A stretch of DNA of 63,011 nucleotides from an uncultured Desulfobacterales bacterium. Lineage in GTDB: Bacteria > Desulfobacterota > Desulfobacteria > Desulfobacterales > JAUVVS01. The stretch covers positions 1 to 63,011 of the forward strand of contig CAZLRK010000002.1 in NCBI GenBank assembly GCA_964561845.1. The letters are read 5' to 3'. The notes beneath the pieces were generated by a model. The model saw only the letters and a program-made list of their open reading frames with translations. It was not told the origin of the DNA and searched no databases. A program made the translations under genes and the position numbers. Positions 45,930 to 55,000 of this stretch are shown one piece after another. Numbering within the stretch: the stretch's first letter is position 1; each line of letters starts with the position of its first letter.

Positions 45930-47699
45930 TTAAGGAGAGAGCAGTTGATGCCGCTTTATTTTTGTAAACAAAGTTTTTCTATCTATTCCCAATAATTGTG
46001 CAACTTTGCCACGCTTCCATTGATTCTGGTTAAGCGATTCAAAGATAATACGCTTCTCATAGACATCCAAAAGGTTTTTCAATTTATTGGACTCATTGCC
46101 ATTAAATTCAGGGATATTAACAGGAGATCCCTTATCGTGGAGCAGATTATCGTCGATAAGATCAATCTCATTTAAAGTCACATATCTTAAAATAGTGTTC
46201 TGCAATTCTCTTACATTGCCGGGCCAATGGTAATTCAATAGAGTTTTCATGACAACTTGAGGGATATCTTTTTTTTGATCTTCCTGCTTATATTTATTCA
46301 AGAAGTAATCAATTAATAAGGGAATGTCCTCTTTCCGATCTTTCAATTGAGGCAGATAAATTGAAAGCACATGAATCCGATAAAAAAAATCCTGACGGAT
46401 CTTTCCTGTTTTCACATCTTCTTTTAAGTTTCTATTGGTAGCTGCAACAATCCTAACGTTGGATTTTTTAATTTTGGTGCTTCCTACCGGACTATATCCC
46501 TTTCCATCCAGGACCCTTAAGAGTTTAACCTGAAGCGACAGGCTGATTTCACCCAACTCATCCAGAAAAAGCGTCCCTTTGTTAGCTGTATCAAGATATC
46601 CTGCTTTTTCCCTATCCGCACCGGTAAATGCGCCCTTGACATGGCCAAAAAATTCATTTTCCAGAAGATACTCCGAAAAGGCCCCGCAATTGACCGGAAC
46701 AAAGGGTTTGTTACTACGCTCGCTGAGATTATGAATCGCTTTGGCCACTAGTTCTTTGCCGGTACCGGATTCGCCATAAATAATCACATTGGTATCAGTT
46801 GATGCGGCCTTTAATATCAACTCATAGACTTTTTGCATGCCCTCACTTTTTCCAATCATATCACCAAAACGGTACCGGTCCTTGATGCTGGATCTAAGCC
46901 TTTCATTCTCCCTTCTAAGCTCAAGCTCTGTCACTTTTTGGGCTGTAAAATCATTTACATAGCCTTCGAGGGCAACCAGTTTTCCAGACTCATCAAAGAC
47001 GCCACTTCCCTGTTCCCATACCCATTTATAATTATCATTGGTTGTGATGAGTCGATAAAATAATTCAAAAGTTGTTTTTGATTTCACAGCTGCATCAATA
47101 GTTTCTCTGACCTTTTTTTGATCTTCCGGATGTACTCGTTCACTGAACCGGTTGATTGAGTTTCCCTGCAGGTATCCACTGTCATACCCAATTAGATCCA
47201 TACTTCCTTTACTGACAAATTCAAGGGTCCAGTGTCTGTCATTGAGGATTCTATAGGCCATTCCCGGCAAATTATTCATCAGGGTGGAAAGCCTTCTTTC
47301 ACTTTCTCTCAGAGCGATTTCCGACATATACCTGGACGTGGTTTCTTCAAGAATTATTATGCTTCCAACTGTTGTATCATTCTGGCGGATCACTCTGGCG
47401 ATTAAATTATAATACTGTTGCTTGTACTGCTGGGAATCGGTTGCAGATAATATACAGTTTTCAAGATATATAACGTTTGCAGATTCTGTTGATCGCTGAT
47501 AAATTTCAGAGAGACCGGATTCGGCAATTTTTGGAAATCGATTAAATAGGTTTGATCCAAGAATAACTTCCGCTGTTACATTGGTTATCTCCTCCATTGT
47601 CTTATTCCAGAGTTGCACCTTGAAATCAAGATTTAACATGAGAACACCGATCGGCATTTTTTTGATAATTTCTTTGGAATTTATTTTTTTTAATACCAT
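45930..47699 (-). CDS. Sigma-54-dependent transcriptional activator with two PAS domains
   Basis: 589-aa ORF. AAA+ core (GESGTGKE, GAFTGA) and C-terminal HTH (VAQLLGIDRKTLFTKIKR). Confidence 0.88.
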   Translation of the reverse strand: MVLKKINSKEIIKKMPIGVLMLNLDFKVQLWNKTMEEITNVTAEVILGSNLFNRFPKIAESGLSEIYQRSTESANVIYLENCILSATDSQQYKQQYYNLIARVIRQNDTTVGSIIILEETTSRYMSEIALRESERRLSTLMNNLPGMAYRILNDRHWTLEFVSKGSMDLIGYDSGYLQGNSINRFSERVHPEDQKKVRETIDAAVKSKTTFELFYRLITTNDNYKWVWEQGSGVFDESGKLVALEGYVNDFTAQKVTELELRRENERLRSSIKDRYRFGDMIGKSEGMQKVYELILKAASTDTNVIIYGESGTGKELVAKAIHNLSERSNKPFVPVNCGAFSEYLLENEFFGHVKGAFTGADREKAGYLDTANKGTLFLDELGEISLSLQVKLLRVLDGKGYSPVGSTKIKKSNVRIVAATNRNLKEDVKTGKIRQDFFYRIHVLSIYLPQLKDRKEDIPLLIDYFLNKYKQEDQKKDIPQVVMKTLLNYHWPGNVRELQNTILRYVTLNEIDLIDDNLLHDKGSPVNIPEFNGNESNKLKNLLDVYEKRIIFESLNQNQWKRGKVAQLLGIDRKTLFTKIKRHQLLSP

Positions 47700-48366
47700 T
47701 TAATTTCTTTTTAAGACCTATTTGAATCAATCGTATCATCTATTACATAAAATATCTAAAACACTGGTTCAATTGTGTCAACCAAAGAAAGAAACACAAA
47801 TATAAAAGTTGCTTATTATGAAATGTATAAAACATAAAAAAAATATTTAATTTGAAACTGATTTCCTCATGAGCAATGGTATCATCGGTGACTGTCAAGA
47901 TTTTCAAAATAGTCAGGACTGGCAAAAGTATTGGTGACCGACCGGCATCAGTCCATGGGTGGGAACTACGTGTAAAACTCGATTTTATAAAAATCTTCCA
48001 CCACTACATATGGGTGCGCCACGAGGGCGTAGGATACCAGCGGATGAAAGTTCCGCCCGAGAAAATTATCGGTTCATCCCGGTAGCTACCCAGACAGTGG
48101 GATAGGGAAACCTTCCTGCTGAAGCTCTGGGGACAAATGTAAGCCTTTAAAGTAACTACCTGAAATAACAGATAGCATTCACTTAGGGTAAAATCCTTAG
48201 TTTTTTGTGTTGAAAGTGTTGAATGTGAGATCTTTCATAGTTTTCATGACAAAAAGCATCTTCCTTATTTAAATTGAAAAAGGAATGATCTAATTTTATT
48301 TTCATCACTTACCATCTCGTTTTCAGCATTTTCAAACCCGAGATTAAAATAAAATTAAGATGTTTG

Positions 48367-48888
48367 TCACAGTTCTAATTCTTCTTTGATCACCCAAGTG
48401 ATTTGTTCTTGGGTAAGATCGTTACAATCGATTCTTAAATCAGCATATTTGGAATAAAGCTCAAATCTTTCCTTAATCAAATTCTCAAAACTCTGATCGT
48501 CTCGTTTCGCAATACCACGTGTATCAAAATCTTGAATTCGTTTTCTAACCGTATCCGAAGTCACATCCAAAAAGATCACAACACCATCTTCTCGCAGATG
48601 TTCCATTGCTTTGGAACTGTATGCAGCGCTTCCACCGGTTGCAATTACGTGTTTTTTTAAATTGAGTGATACCAGCACATCCTCTTCAATTTGACGCAAT
48701 TGCAAATAACCATCCGCATCCATTATTTCTTGGAGTGTTCTGCCCTGTGAAGTTTGAATATTAATATCGGTATCAACAAACGATTTTGCCAAATATTTAG
48801 CCAAATACACCCCTACTGTACTTTTTCCAGCTCCGGGCATTCCAATGAGAATTATATTGGATTTTTGTAATGTGCTTTTTGATATCAT
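48367..48888 (-). CDS. Shikimate kinase family protein
   Basis: 173-aa ORF. IILIGMPGAGKSTVG P-loop, DTD and GGS motifs of AroK/AroL-type kinases. Confidence 0.75.
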   Translation of the reverse strand: MISKSTLQKSNIILIGMPGAGKSTVGVYLAKYLAKSFVDTDINIQTSQGRTLQEIMDADGYLQLRQIEEDVLVSLNLKKHVIATGGSAAYSSKAMEHLREDGVVIFLDVTSDTVRKRIQDFDTRGIAKRDDQSFENLIKERFELYSKYADLRIDCNDLTQEQITWVIKEELEL

Positions 48889-49279
48889 ATAATACCTATA
48901 TGATTAGATTTTATTCATTTCAGCTTTAAAATTTTTCGCAACCCCATGTAAAATATGAGTTTTCGATCAATATCAAAGTTAGAAAAAGCTTCGTTATTAT
49001 GTCAAAACGACGTTGCAACATATGCTAAAAGATGAAAAATGGCAATAGGTCTGATTGCTGAAATATTACATTCCAGCTGGATATTCGACATAAGAGGCAT
49101 TTTTTTTTAAAAAAAAATTATAATCTACAAATTTTCATTCTGTATAACTATTTTGTTCCGGGTTCGCACAGATAATTCTCAACCATTGCCGGTTTCACCA
49201 TGCCTCAAACAACAATAAATAATTTTGATGTTTATCAGACCCGTAATCCCAAGGCAAATGCATACTATTACCCCGGCAG

Positions 49280-49516
49280 TTAAATAGACGATCCCGCATA
49301 AGTAATTTTTGGATGCTTGAAATAATTTTTTATTCTAACTGGTAATTTTCTAAGATGCGATATCGCTTTTTGCTTCAGTTGCACCTTTGTCCTCGCTGGC
49401 ACTCCTGAATGAATCCCAATTTTCAAATCACAATTCAAGTACTCATCTGGATTTAATTCCGGTGAGTAGGCTGGCAAGTGGAATACTTCTATCTGGCTTT
49501 TATGTTCCTTAGCCAA
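49280..49516 (-). pseudogene. C-terminal fragment of an IS630-family DDE transposase
   Basis: IEVFHLPAYSPELNPDEYLNCDLK is the IS630/Tc1 catalytic-E region. There is an in-frame stop immediately upstream, and the fragment abuts the R4 border at 49531. Confidence 0.75.
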
Positions 49517-49530
49517 TTTTTAACCAACTT

Positions 49531-49991
49531 AAAGATAAGACATTGCTTTTTCAGTGCGAATAAAGCGAAAATGATGAATTGTGTATAGGCTTCAGCTTCA
49601 GCACAACATATTGAAGCACCCATTTGCACAAACAATAACCTTCTGTATAACCAAAACGGGCTTTATTGTCAATATCGATTATTTGCGTTGGAATTGAGAT
49701 TTTATGCAAATTCGAGTACTTCTTGGCGGATTAACCATCCCGATAAACTACATCGGGACAAGCATCTATACACTGAGTATTTCGAGGGTTAAAATTTGAG
49801 CCTGTTGACAAATCCCGCTCATCGGGGACACAGAAATTGGGCAAAAGGGGATATTTTTCAAAGGTCTCAAATAGTTATTAAACTATAAGGAGAAGTACGC
49901 CCGGAAATTAGCTGTTTTTCTACCTTATTGATTTAATTCGTTTAATGGAATTGTGAACTTTATGCTTGACAGAGGTAACATGGGATGTCCC
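49531..49991 (+). repeat. R-family mosaic repeat, copy R4 (identical to R2)
   Basis: Part of the duplication. Confidence 0.9.
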
Positions 49992-50103
49992 CAATAGCTT
50001 TACCCATATATCAAAGATCATCTACACTAGGCTTCTTAACCAATTGATAGAGAACGCCTTAGCAGAGTCGTTCTCTATCCTTGAAGGTTATGCCAGTTAC
50101 TAT

Positions 50104-50394
50104 TTATCTGGCGTCTTTTAAAAAACCGCTGGCATATTTGTGAAGTACACTTCCAATTAATGTTTGATAAGGAATGCCTTCCCTTGCAGCTCTTCTTTGT
50201 ATAGCGGAAAGGTCATTTTCCGAAATTCTTATGTTGATCTTACGGTTCTTTTTCATAGTATTACGGGCTATTGTTTGGTAATCAGGCTGCGATTTTGAAG
50301 GTTTTAGCTTTCCGTTTTCATATGCCTCTAAGATTTCTTTTTCATATTCATCAAGGATTATTTTTTTTTGCTTTTTAACCATTTTCTCCTCCAA
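50104..50394 (-). CDS. BrnA-like / CopG-type antitoxin (second identical copy)
   Basis: Protein identical to the 42508-42798 product. Confidence 0.75.
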   Translation of the reverse strand: MEEKMVKKQKKIILDEYEKEILEAYENGKLKPSKSQPDYQTIARNTMKKNRKINIRISENDLSAIQRRAAREGIPYQTLIGSVLHKYASGFLKDAR

Positions 50395-50704
50395 GGTATT
50401 TCTTGGTTGCCTTCCTACTAGGAATAATCGTTTTAAAAAAATACTCGTTTTTATCTATAACACATGGAACTAAATATGCATATCCATCCACATCAATTAT
50501 TAGTATTTTTTGATTCGGATACCGCTTCTTATTGGGATGATCTGTTTCAATAATTGTAGCTCCTGATGCAACTCTTTGTACTATTTCTTCGAATGTAATT
50601 CCTCTTTCCTCGGCTAGAACTTCATTTTTTTCGGTATTCCATTTAAAGATTTTCATAACTATACGATATGGCATTATAGAGACAATGTCAATAATTTGTT
50701 TCAA
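50375..50704 (-). CDS. BrnT-like toxin (second identical copy)
   Basis: Protein identical to the 42779-43108 product. Likely true start at 50656. Confidence 0.65.
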   Translation of the reverse strand: MKQIIDIVSIMPYRIVMKIFKWNTEKNEVLAEERGITFEEIVQRVASGATIIETDHPNKKRYPNQKILIIDVDGYAYLVPCVIDKNEYFFKTIIPSRKATKKYLGGENG

Positions 50705-50736
50705 TTTTTATGGCATAATGATTTAATCAACTACAC

Positions 50737-50882
50737 GGCGATATAGGGAGATTCGCCGAAAGCTTTTCAAAAAAACTATAAGGGAAAGTGCGCCCGGAAT
50801 TTAACCGTTTTTATATCTTATTGATTTAACTCTGTTTTTGAAATTATGAACTTTATGCTTGACAGGTAATATAGGATGTCCC
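50737..50882 (+). repeat. R-family repeat, copy R5 (module D from gcgatataggg to the gatgtccc terminus)
   Basis: Continues past the duplication border: ..ctctgtttttgaaattatgaactttatgcttgacaggtaatataggatgtccc. Confidence 0.9.
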
Positions 50883-50927
50883 GTAATACCCGCAAACAAA
50901 ATAGTAATAGGGGATGTCTTCCAAGAA

Positions 50928-51857
50928 TTACGGCTTTTTCCAAGTTTGCCTAAGTAATTTTGTCGGAGGATTATCTGTTCTAAATTGCCAGGCCCATGAC
51001 TGTGGTCCGGATAAACATGCAATCATAGCCAGTGTATGATACGGACGTCTTATCATCTTGCCTGCTAATCTTGCCGTAAACACATGATTTATTAACAAGG
51101 CTTTTCTAAACTGTTTTAACCAGTATTCAGAGGTAAGGTGATAGTCATATGTGCCATCGGCTTCTTTTTCAAGTTCAAATATATCTTCTGCACAATGTTC
51201 AAGTTGACCTTTAATAGGATAGTACCCTCCAAAAGCTTTATTTAAGAGACTATAATGAAATTGGTCTGAATCCCTTGGAAATGAAAAAGGGATTTTTAAA
51301 ACATCTTGAGGATTGGGTTTTTTATTGAAATGAATGGTAGTGGTTACAAACCTACCGGTTTCTGAAGATGGATTTAAAATTCTACAGCATATCCCAAATA
51401 ATTCTCTATATATTTCATCTTGCCTGCCTGAAATGACATCTTGGGGCTGTACAAAATGCTCGATTGAGCCGTTAGCTACAATACCATCAAACTGATTATC
51501 CCATTTTCCAGGGATATCTCTATAATTCATTAAATAAACCTCAAGTTCTTTTCTTTTACATAGATTAACTTGTGGTTGTGAGATAGTAATTCCAACACCG
51601 ATGGCCCCCCTTTCACGAACTATTTCCAATAAAGTTCCATTACCACAACCAATATCTAAGATACGCGATCCCTTACGACAGTTGACTTCATCCAATAGGT
51701 AATTCCCCTGTGCAAGCTGAGCATCTTTATAAGATCTGTTGATATCTCCTTCATATATACCTTCCGAGTAATCCTCAATACCTCCTGTAACTGCTAAATC
51801 CAACAGATCATAACAAGAAATCACTGTTTGTGAATTTTTACTTTGGAAACTCATCAT
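50928..51857 (-). CDS. Class I SAM-dependent methyltransferase (cyclopropane-fatty-acyl-phospholipid synthase-like)
   Basis: 309-aa ORF. ILDIGCGNGTL SAM motif and CMAS-like flanking sequence (FDGIVANGSIEHF). Confidence 0.75.
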   Translation of the reverse strand: MMSFQSKNSQTVISCYDLLDLAVTGGIEDYSEGIYEGDINRSYKDAQLAQGNYLLDEVNCRKGSRILDIGCGNGTLLEIVRERGAIGVGITISQPQVNLCKRKELEVYLMNYRDIPGKWDNQFDGIVANGSIEHFVQPQDVISGRQDEIYRELFGICCRILNPSSETGRFVTTTIHFNKKPNPQDVLKIPFSFPRDSDQFHYSLLNKAFGGYYPIKGQLEHCAEDIFELEKEADGTYDYHLTSEYWLKQFRKALLINHVFTARLAGKMIRRPYHTLAMIACLSGPQSWAWQFRTDNPPTKLLRQTWKKP

Positions 51858-51883
51858 TTTATGTACGTCTCTTGATTAAGGAT

Positions 51884-52045
51884 CTCGGGGACACAGAAAT
51901 TGGGCAAAAGGGGGCGTTTTCAAAGGTCTCAAGGGATGTTTAGTGGCCGCACTTAGTTGTGGTATACTGGATAATCGTAACGATCAGATGCGTGGTTCGC
52001 GATATAGGGAGATTCGCCGAAAATTTTTCAAAAAAACTATGAAGA
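51884..52045 (+). repeat. R-family repeat, copy R6 (C3 fragment + C2 fragment + 5-prime half of D)
   Basis: ctcggggacacagaaattgggcaaaaggggg..caaaggtctcaa (as in 42226-42275), then tagtggccgcacttagttgtggtatactggataatcgtaacgatcagatgcgtggttcgcgatatagggagattcgccgaaaa. Confidence 0.85.
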
Positions 52046-52235
52046 AAGCCTATTTGAGGCTTCAGGAGCTATCTTTCTACTTCAAAGAATCAATAACGGA
52101 CAGCATAAATCCTTTTTTCGAATTTAGATGTTCTGAGTCACAAAATCTGGCCGAGAATTTTTGCCCGGACTTGGAATTCCGGTTTGGGCAACAGCCCGTG
52201 GAGACCTGACCCCCCTTTGCCATTTCCCCCCGCGA

Positions 52236-52997
52236 CTATCGTCTCTCTCGGGACCGTCTGTGAATTCCCTTCGACTCGTTCTTGAGCAGCAGGCGCGGCT
52301 CGCCGCCACCAGGGGGCAAGATAATCTTGCTCTCCGAAGCGACCCATACAAAACGTGACTGCGATTTACTCCCCTTGTAGGCGGGGACCCGGAAACGGCG
52401 CACATGGAAGCTGCAACTCATCAAGAGCCGCTCAAATTTCTTGCTCGGCTCAGCCGACCACACAGCCAGACACCCCTGTTCGCGAAGCGCGCAGCGACAG
52501 GCCCGAATTCCTTCACGACCGTACAGACGGCGGTTCGATGAATCGGTCATCACGCTGGGACCATTATCGATATCCAGCAGGATCGCATCGAATCTGCCCT
52601 TGGAACGTGAGATAAGCTCGACGATATCGCCCGTCTTGAGGTCAACTCGTTCGTCCCCCAGCGGCTGGCTGTTGAGTTCCCCGAAAAACTCACGATTCCA
52701 TTCGACTACAGCACCCAACAGTTCACCCACCACCACTTGGGCGTGGGGGCTGAGCATATCAAGAGCCTGGCGCAAGGTATAGCCCATACCCAAGCCGCCG
52801 ATGAGTATGCTGGGCGCTTTGCGGCCAGCCAGATGCTCACAACCCAGCCGCGCCAGCTCCAGTTCTGACTCATGTTGGCGACTGTGCATCAAATCCTGAC
52901 CGTTGATCTTGATCGAGAAATCACGGCCATGCTGATAAAGCACCATCTCGCCTCCGTCCGGTGTCCGGGCTGTAGCTATTCTTACTCTCGGTTTCAT
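52236..52997 (-). CDS. Spermidine synthase-like (PABS fold) methyltransferase-family protein, GC-rich foreign gene
   Basis: 253-aa ORF. ILIGGLGMGYTLR, FDAILLDIDNGP and LREQGCLAVWS motifs. The local base composition is visibly much more GC-rich than its flanks. Confidence 0.7.
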   Translation of the reverse strand: MKPRVRIATARTPDGGEMVLYQHGRDFSIKINGQDLMHSRQHESELELARLGCEHLAGRKAPSILIGGLGMGYTLRQALDMLSPHAQVVVGELLGAVVEWNREFFGELNSQPLGDERVDLKTGDIVELISRSKGRFDAILLDIDNGPSVMTDSSNRRLYGREGIRACRCALREQGCLAVWSAEPSKKFERLLMSCSFHVRRFRVPAYKGSKSQSRFVWVASESKIILPPGGGEPRLLLKNESKGIHRRSRERR

Positions 52998-53074
52998 GGT
53001 GGCATCCTAGTAGTGACAAGTGGCAACTGGCAGAGATACCGGAGTCGCGTTCCGGTTGTTGGGGAAATATGGGT

Positions 53075-53334
53075 TCAGGTCTGCTTTTGACCCTTATTAA
53101 TATTGTCTTGTATTTTCCCTATCTGTTTTCTAATTTTTTTGTCATATTTTTTAAGCCTCGAAACTCTTCTTATTATGCTGCTTACAGTGCTGTATGCTTT
53201 GATATTAAACAGTTCACTAATGTTGTTAAGGTTTTCGCCTCGTATTTGACGTAATAGATAAACTTCAATATTTCGTGGTTCATTAAAATTCCCGCGTCTT
53301 GTTATCAATAATTCATTAAACGATACGTGATGAG
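53075..53334 (-). pseudogene. C-terminal fragment of a gene with a DnaA-C-like HTH domain, as found at the C-terminus of some IS200-like transposase-related proteins
   Basis: PRNIEVYLLRQIRGENLNNISELFNIKAYSTVSSIIRRVSRL. The N-terminal 24 codons of track ORF 53075-53404 are translated IS inverted-repeat sequence. Confidence 0.55.
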
Positions 53335-54834
53335 TGCCAAGACATCGATGACCCGGAAGTGCCAGGACATCGATTACCTTAAGGGTCAATTTGTGCCAAC
53401 ACATCGCTGACCCTATTCGTTTCTAATTGTATCTGATACTCTTGTTTATAACTAAAGACAAGGAGGGTATCAGATGGAACAAGATCTTCGTAAAAAAGCT
53501 ATAAACCTTTATCTGAAAGGAGAAACACCAAAATACATATATTCGGAGCTTAACCGTTCAAAAAACTGGTTCTTCAAGTGGCTGAAGCGTTATCAAACCG
53601 GTGATCCGGACTGGTACAAGGACAAGTCCCGAACACCCAAAAGGCAACCTACAGCGATTGGCGAAATTGACAGAGAACGAATCATTTCTGTTCGAACTCG
53701 TCTTGAATCGCAGAAATTTGCTCAGATCGGTACCCCAGCAATCAAGTGGGAACTTTCGAAGTCAGGCTATGGATTTCCATCCGATCGTATGATTAATCGA
53801 GTCCTAAAAAGAGAAGGACTGATTAAAAAAAACTTCGTATATTCCCAAAGGTGTTGAATATCCGTATTTTAAAGAGCCGCTTGGCTATAATAATATTCAT
53901 CAGGCCGATCTTGTCGGGCCAAGGTATATAAAAAACGACGGTAAATTTTACTCATTCAATATGATGGATCTGTTTAGCCATCAGGTTTACATTGAATCGC
54001 AAAGAACCAAGCAGGATCGCCAGGTCGCCTCCAGCCTTTTAAGATGCTGGAAAGCAATCGGGCTGCCGGATTATTTGCAACTTGACAACGAGCTTTGTTT
54101 TCGGGGTAGCAACCGGCATCCCAGATCACCCGGTATAGTAATAAGGCTTTGTCTTTACTTTGGCGTGCAACCGGTCTTTATTCCAATTGCAGAGCCCTGG
54201 CGAAACGGTGCTATTGAAAAATTCAATGACACCTACAACAAAAAGTTTTTCCGACAGCAATGGTTTCCAAGCTATTCAACGCTAAAGCGGCAAAGTAAAT
54301 ATTTTTAACGGTTTCACAATAAACACCATCGATACAGCTACTTAAAGGGTAAAACGCCGTTGGAAATGATACAAAGCAATTGATTTGAGCCGTTTCGAAT
54401 AGGAGCGAATACAAAACTTCCCGAGCTTGATACTGTTCCTGATGGCAATATTATTCTCATTCGATTTATTCGAAGTAATCGAATACTCGACGTGTTCGGA
54501 GAAAAATTTAAAGTTTCAAAGAGCCTGGTATATTCTTACGTCAAAGCGGTGATTGTCACAGAGATACACAGACTACAGTTATACCTTGCCGAAGAACTGG
54601 TCGATTCATTTGACTACCAGTTGACCACTGGAAATTGAAGTTATTTTACCAACTATAGGTTATGCTTGGAACCCGCAAAAAATCATCACGTGCTCCGACG
54701 AGCTTCTTTATGGGCCCATTCTCGCACGTGATAATTTTTCGCTCACGCTGTACAAAAAACTATCTTTAATTTTTCCGGGTCACCGATGTCTTGGCATTTT
54801 TTACTGTTAGACTTGGGTCATCGATGTCCTGGCA
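53335..54834 (+). mobile_element. Decayed IS element (about 1.5 kb) with 20-bp terminal inverted repeats and extra subterminal repeat copies; rve/DDE transposase
   Basis: TIRs are tgccaagacatcgatgaccc (53335-53354) and gggtcatcgatgtcctggca (54815-54834). Internal copies lie at 53360-53378, 53394-53413 and 54777-54796. Confidence 0.8.
53474..54638 (+). pseudogene. IS transposase (HTH + integrase-core DDE domain) broken into at least three frames
   Basis: Frame 1, 53474-53857, carries the HTH. The integrase core HQADLVGP..LQLDNE..WRNGAIEKFN continues in another frame (track ORF 53961-54308). The tail RFHNKHHRYSYLKGKTP and IRFIRSNRILDVFGEKF lie in further frames. Confidence 0.75.
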
Positions 54835-55000
54835 TTTGACAGATACGCTATAATATTCACACACTGCTGAAAGTATTGTATCAGATATCGGAGCCAGACT
54901 TTTTGATTACAATGTTATTATATAATGTCCCATATAACACGATCACAGAGGCAAAAGAGAAATTTCAGTTCCCGAGGTTTCCCGGAGTCGTCTACGGAAA

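Larger units (their letters stand above)
49531..50838 (+). repeat. 1,308-bp segmental duplication, copy 2
   Basis: See copy 1. Here the repeat continues into a complete module D, so this is probably the parental copy. Confidence 0.92.

Noticed and set aside
48008-48135. A cobalamin, ZTP, THF or Moco riboswitch in the GC-rich patch
   Set aside because: Short resemblances (cagtgg/ccactg, ccgcccgag) do not sit in the right order or context for the consensus cores I remember. It is kept only as an unclassified structured candidate.
50801-51022. Small track ORFs ending in ..RVKSIRYKN (50801-51022, 61535-61744, 62742-62951)
   Set aside because: Their conserved C-termini are translation of repeat module D and their N-termini are unrelated flanking sequence. 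They are not independent genes. The conserved frame is discussed as a possible fossil in the findings.
53075-53404. The 109-aa track ORF as an intact gene
   Set aside because: Its N-terminal 24 codons are the left inverted repeats of the IS (tgccaagacatcgatgaccc and copies). Only the C-terminal HTH part is genuine and it is a fragment.
53824-53831. Programmed ribosomal frameshift at the A8 run in the IS transposase
   Set aside because: The downstream integrase-core frame needs a +1 shift rather than the usual -1 shift. At least two further frame breaks or stops follow (near 54306 and 54400), so decay is the simpler reading.
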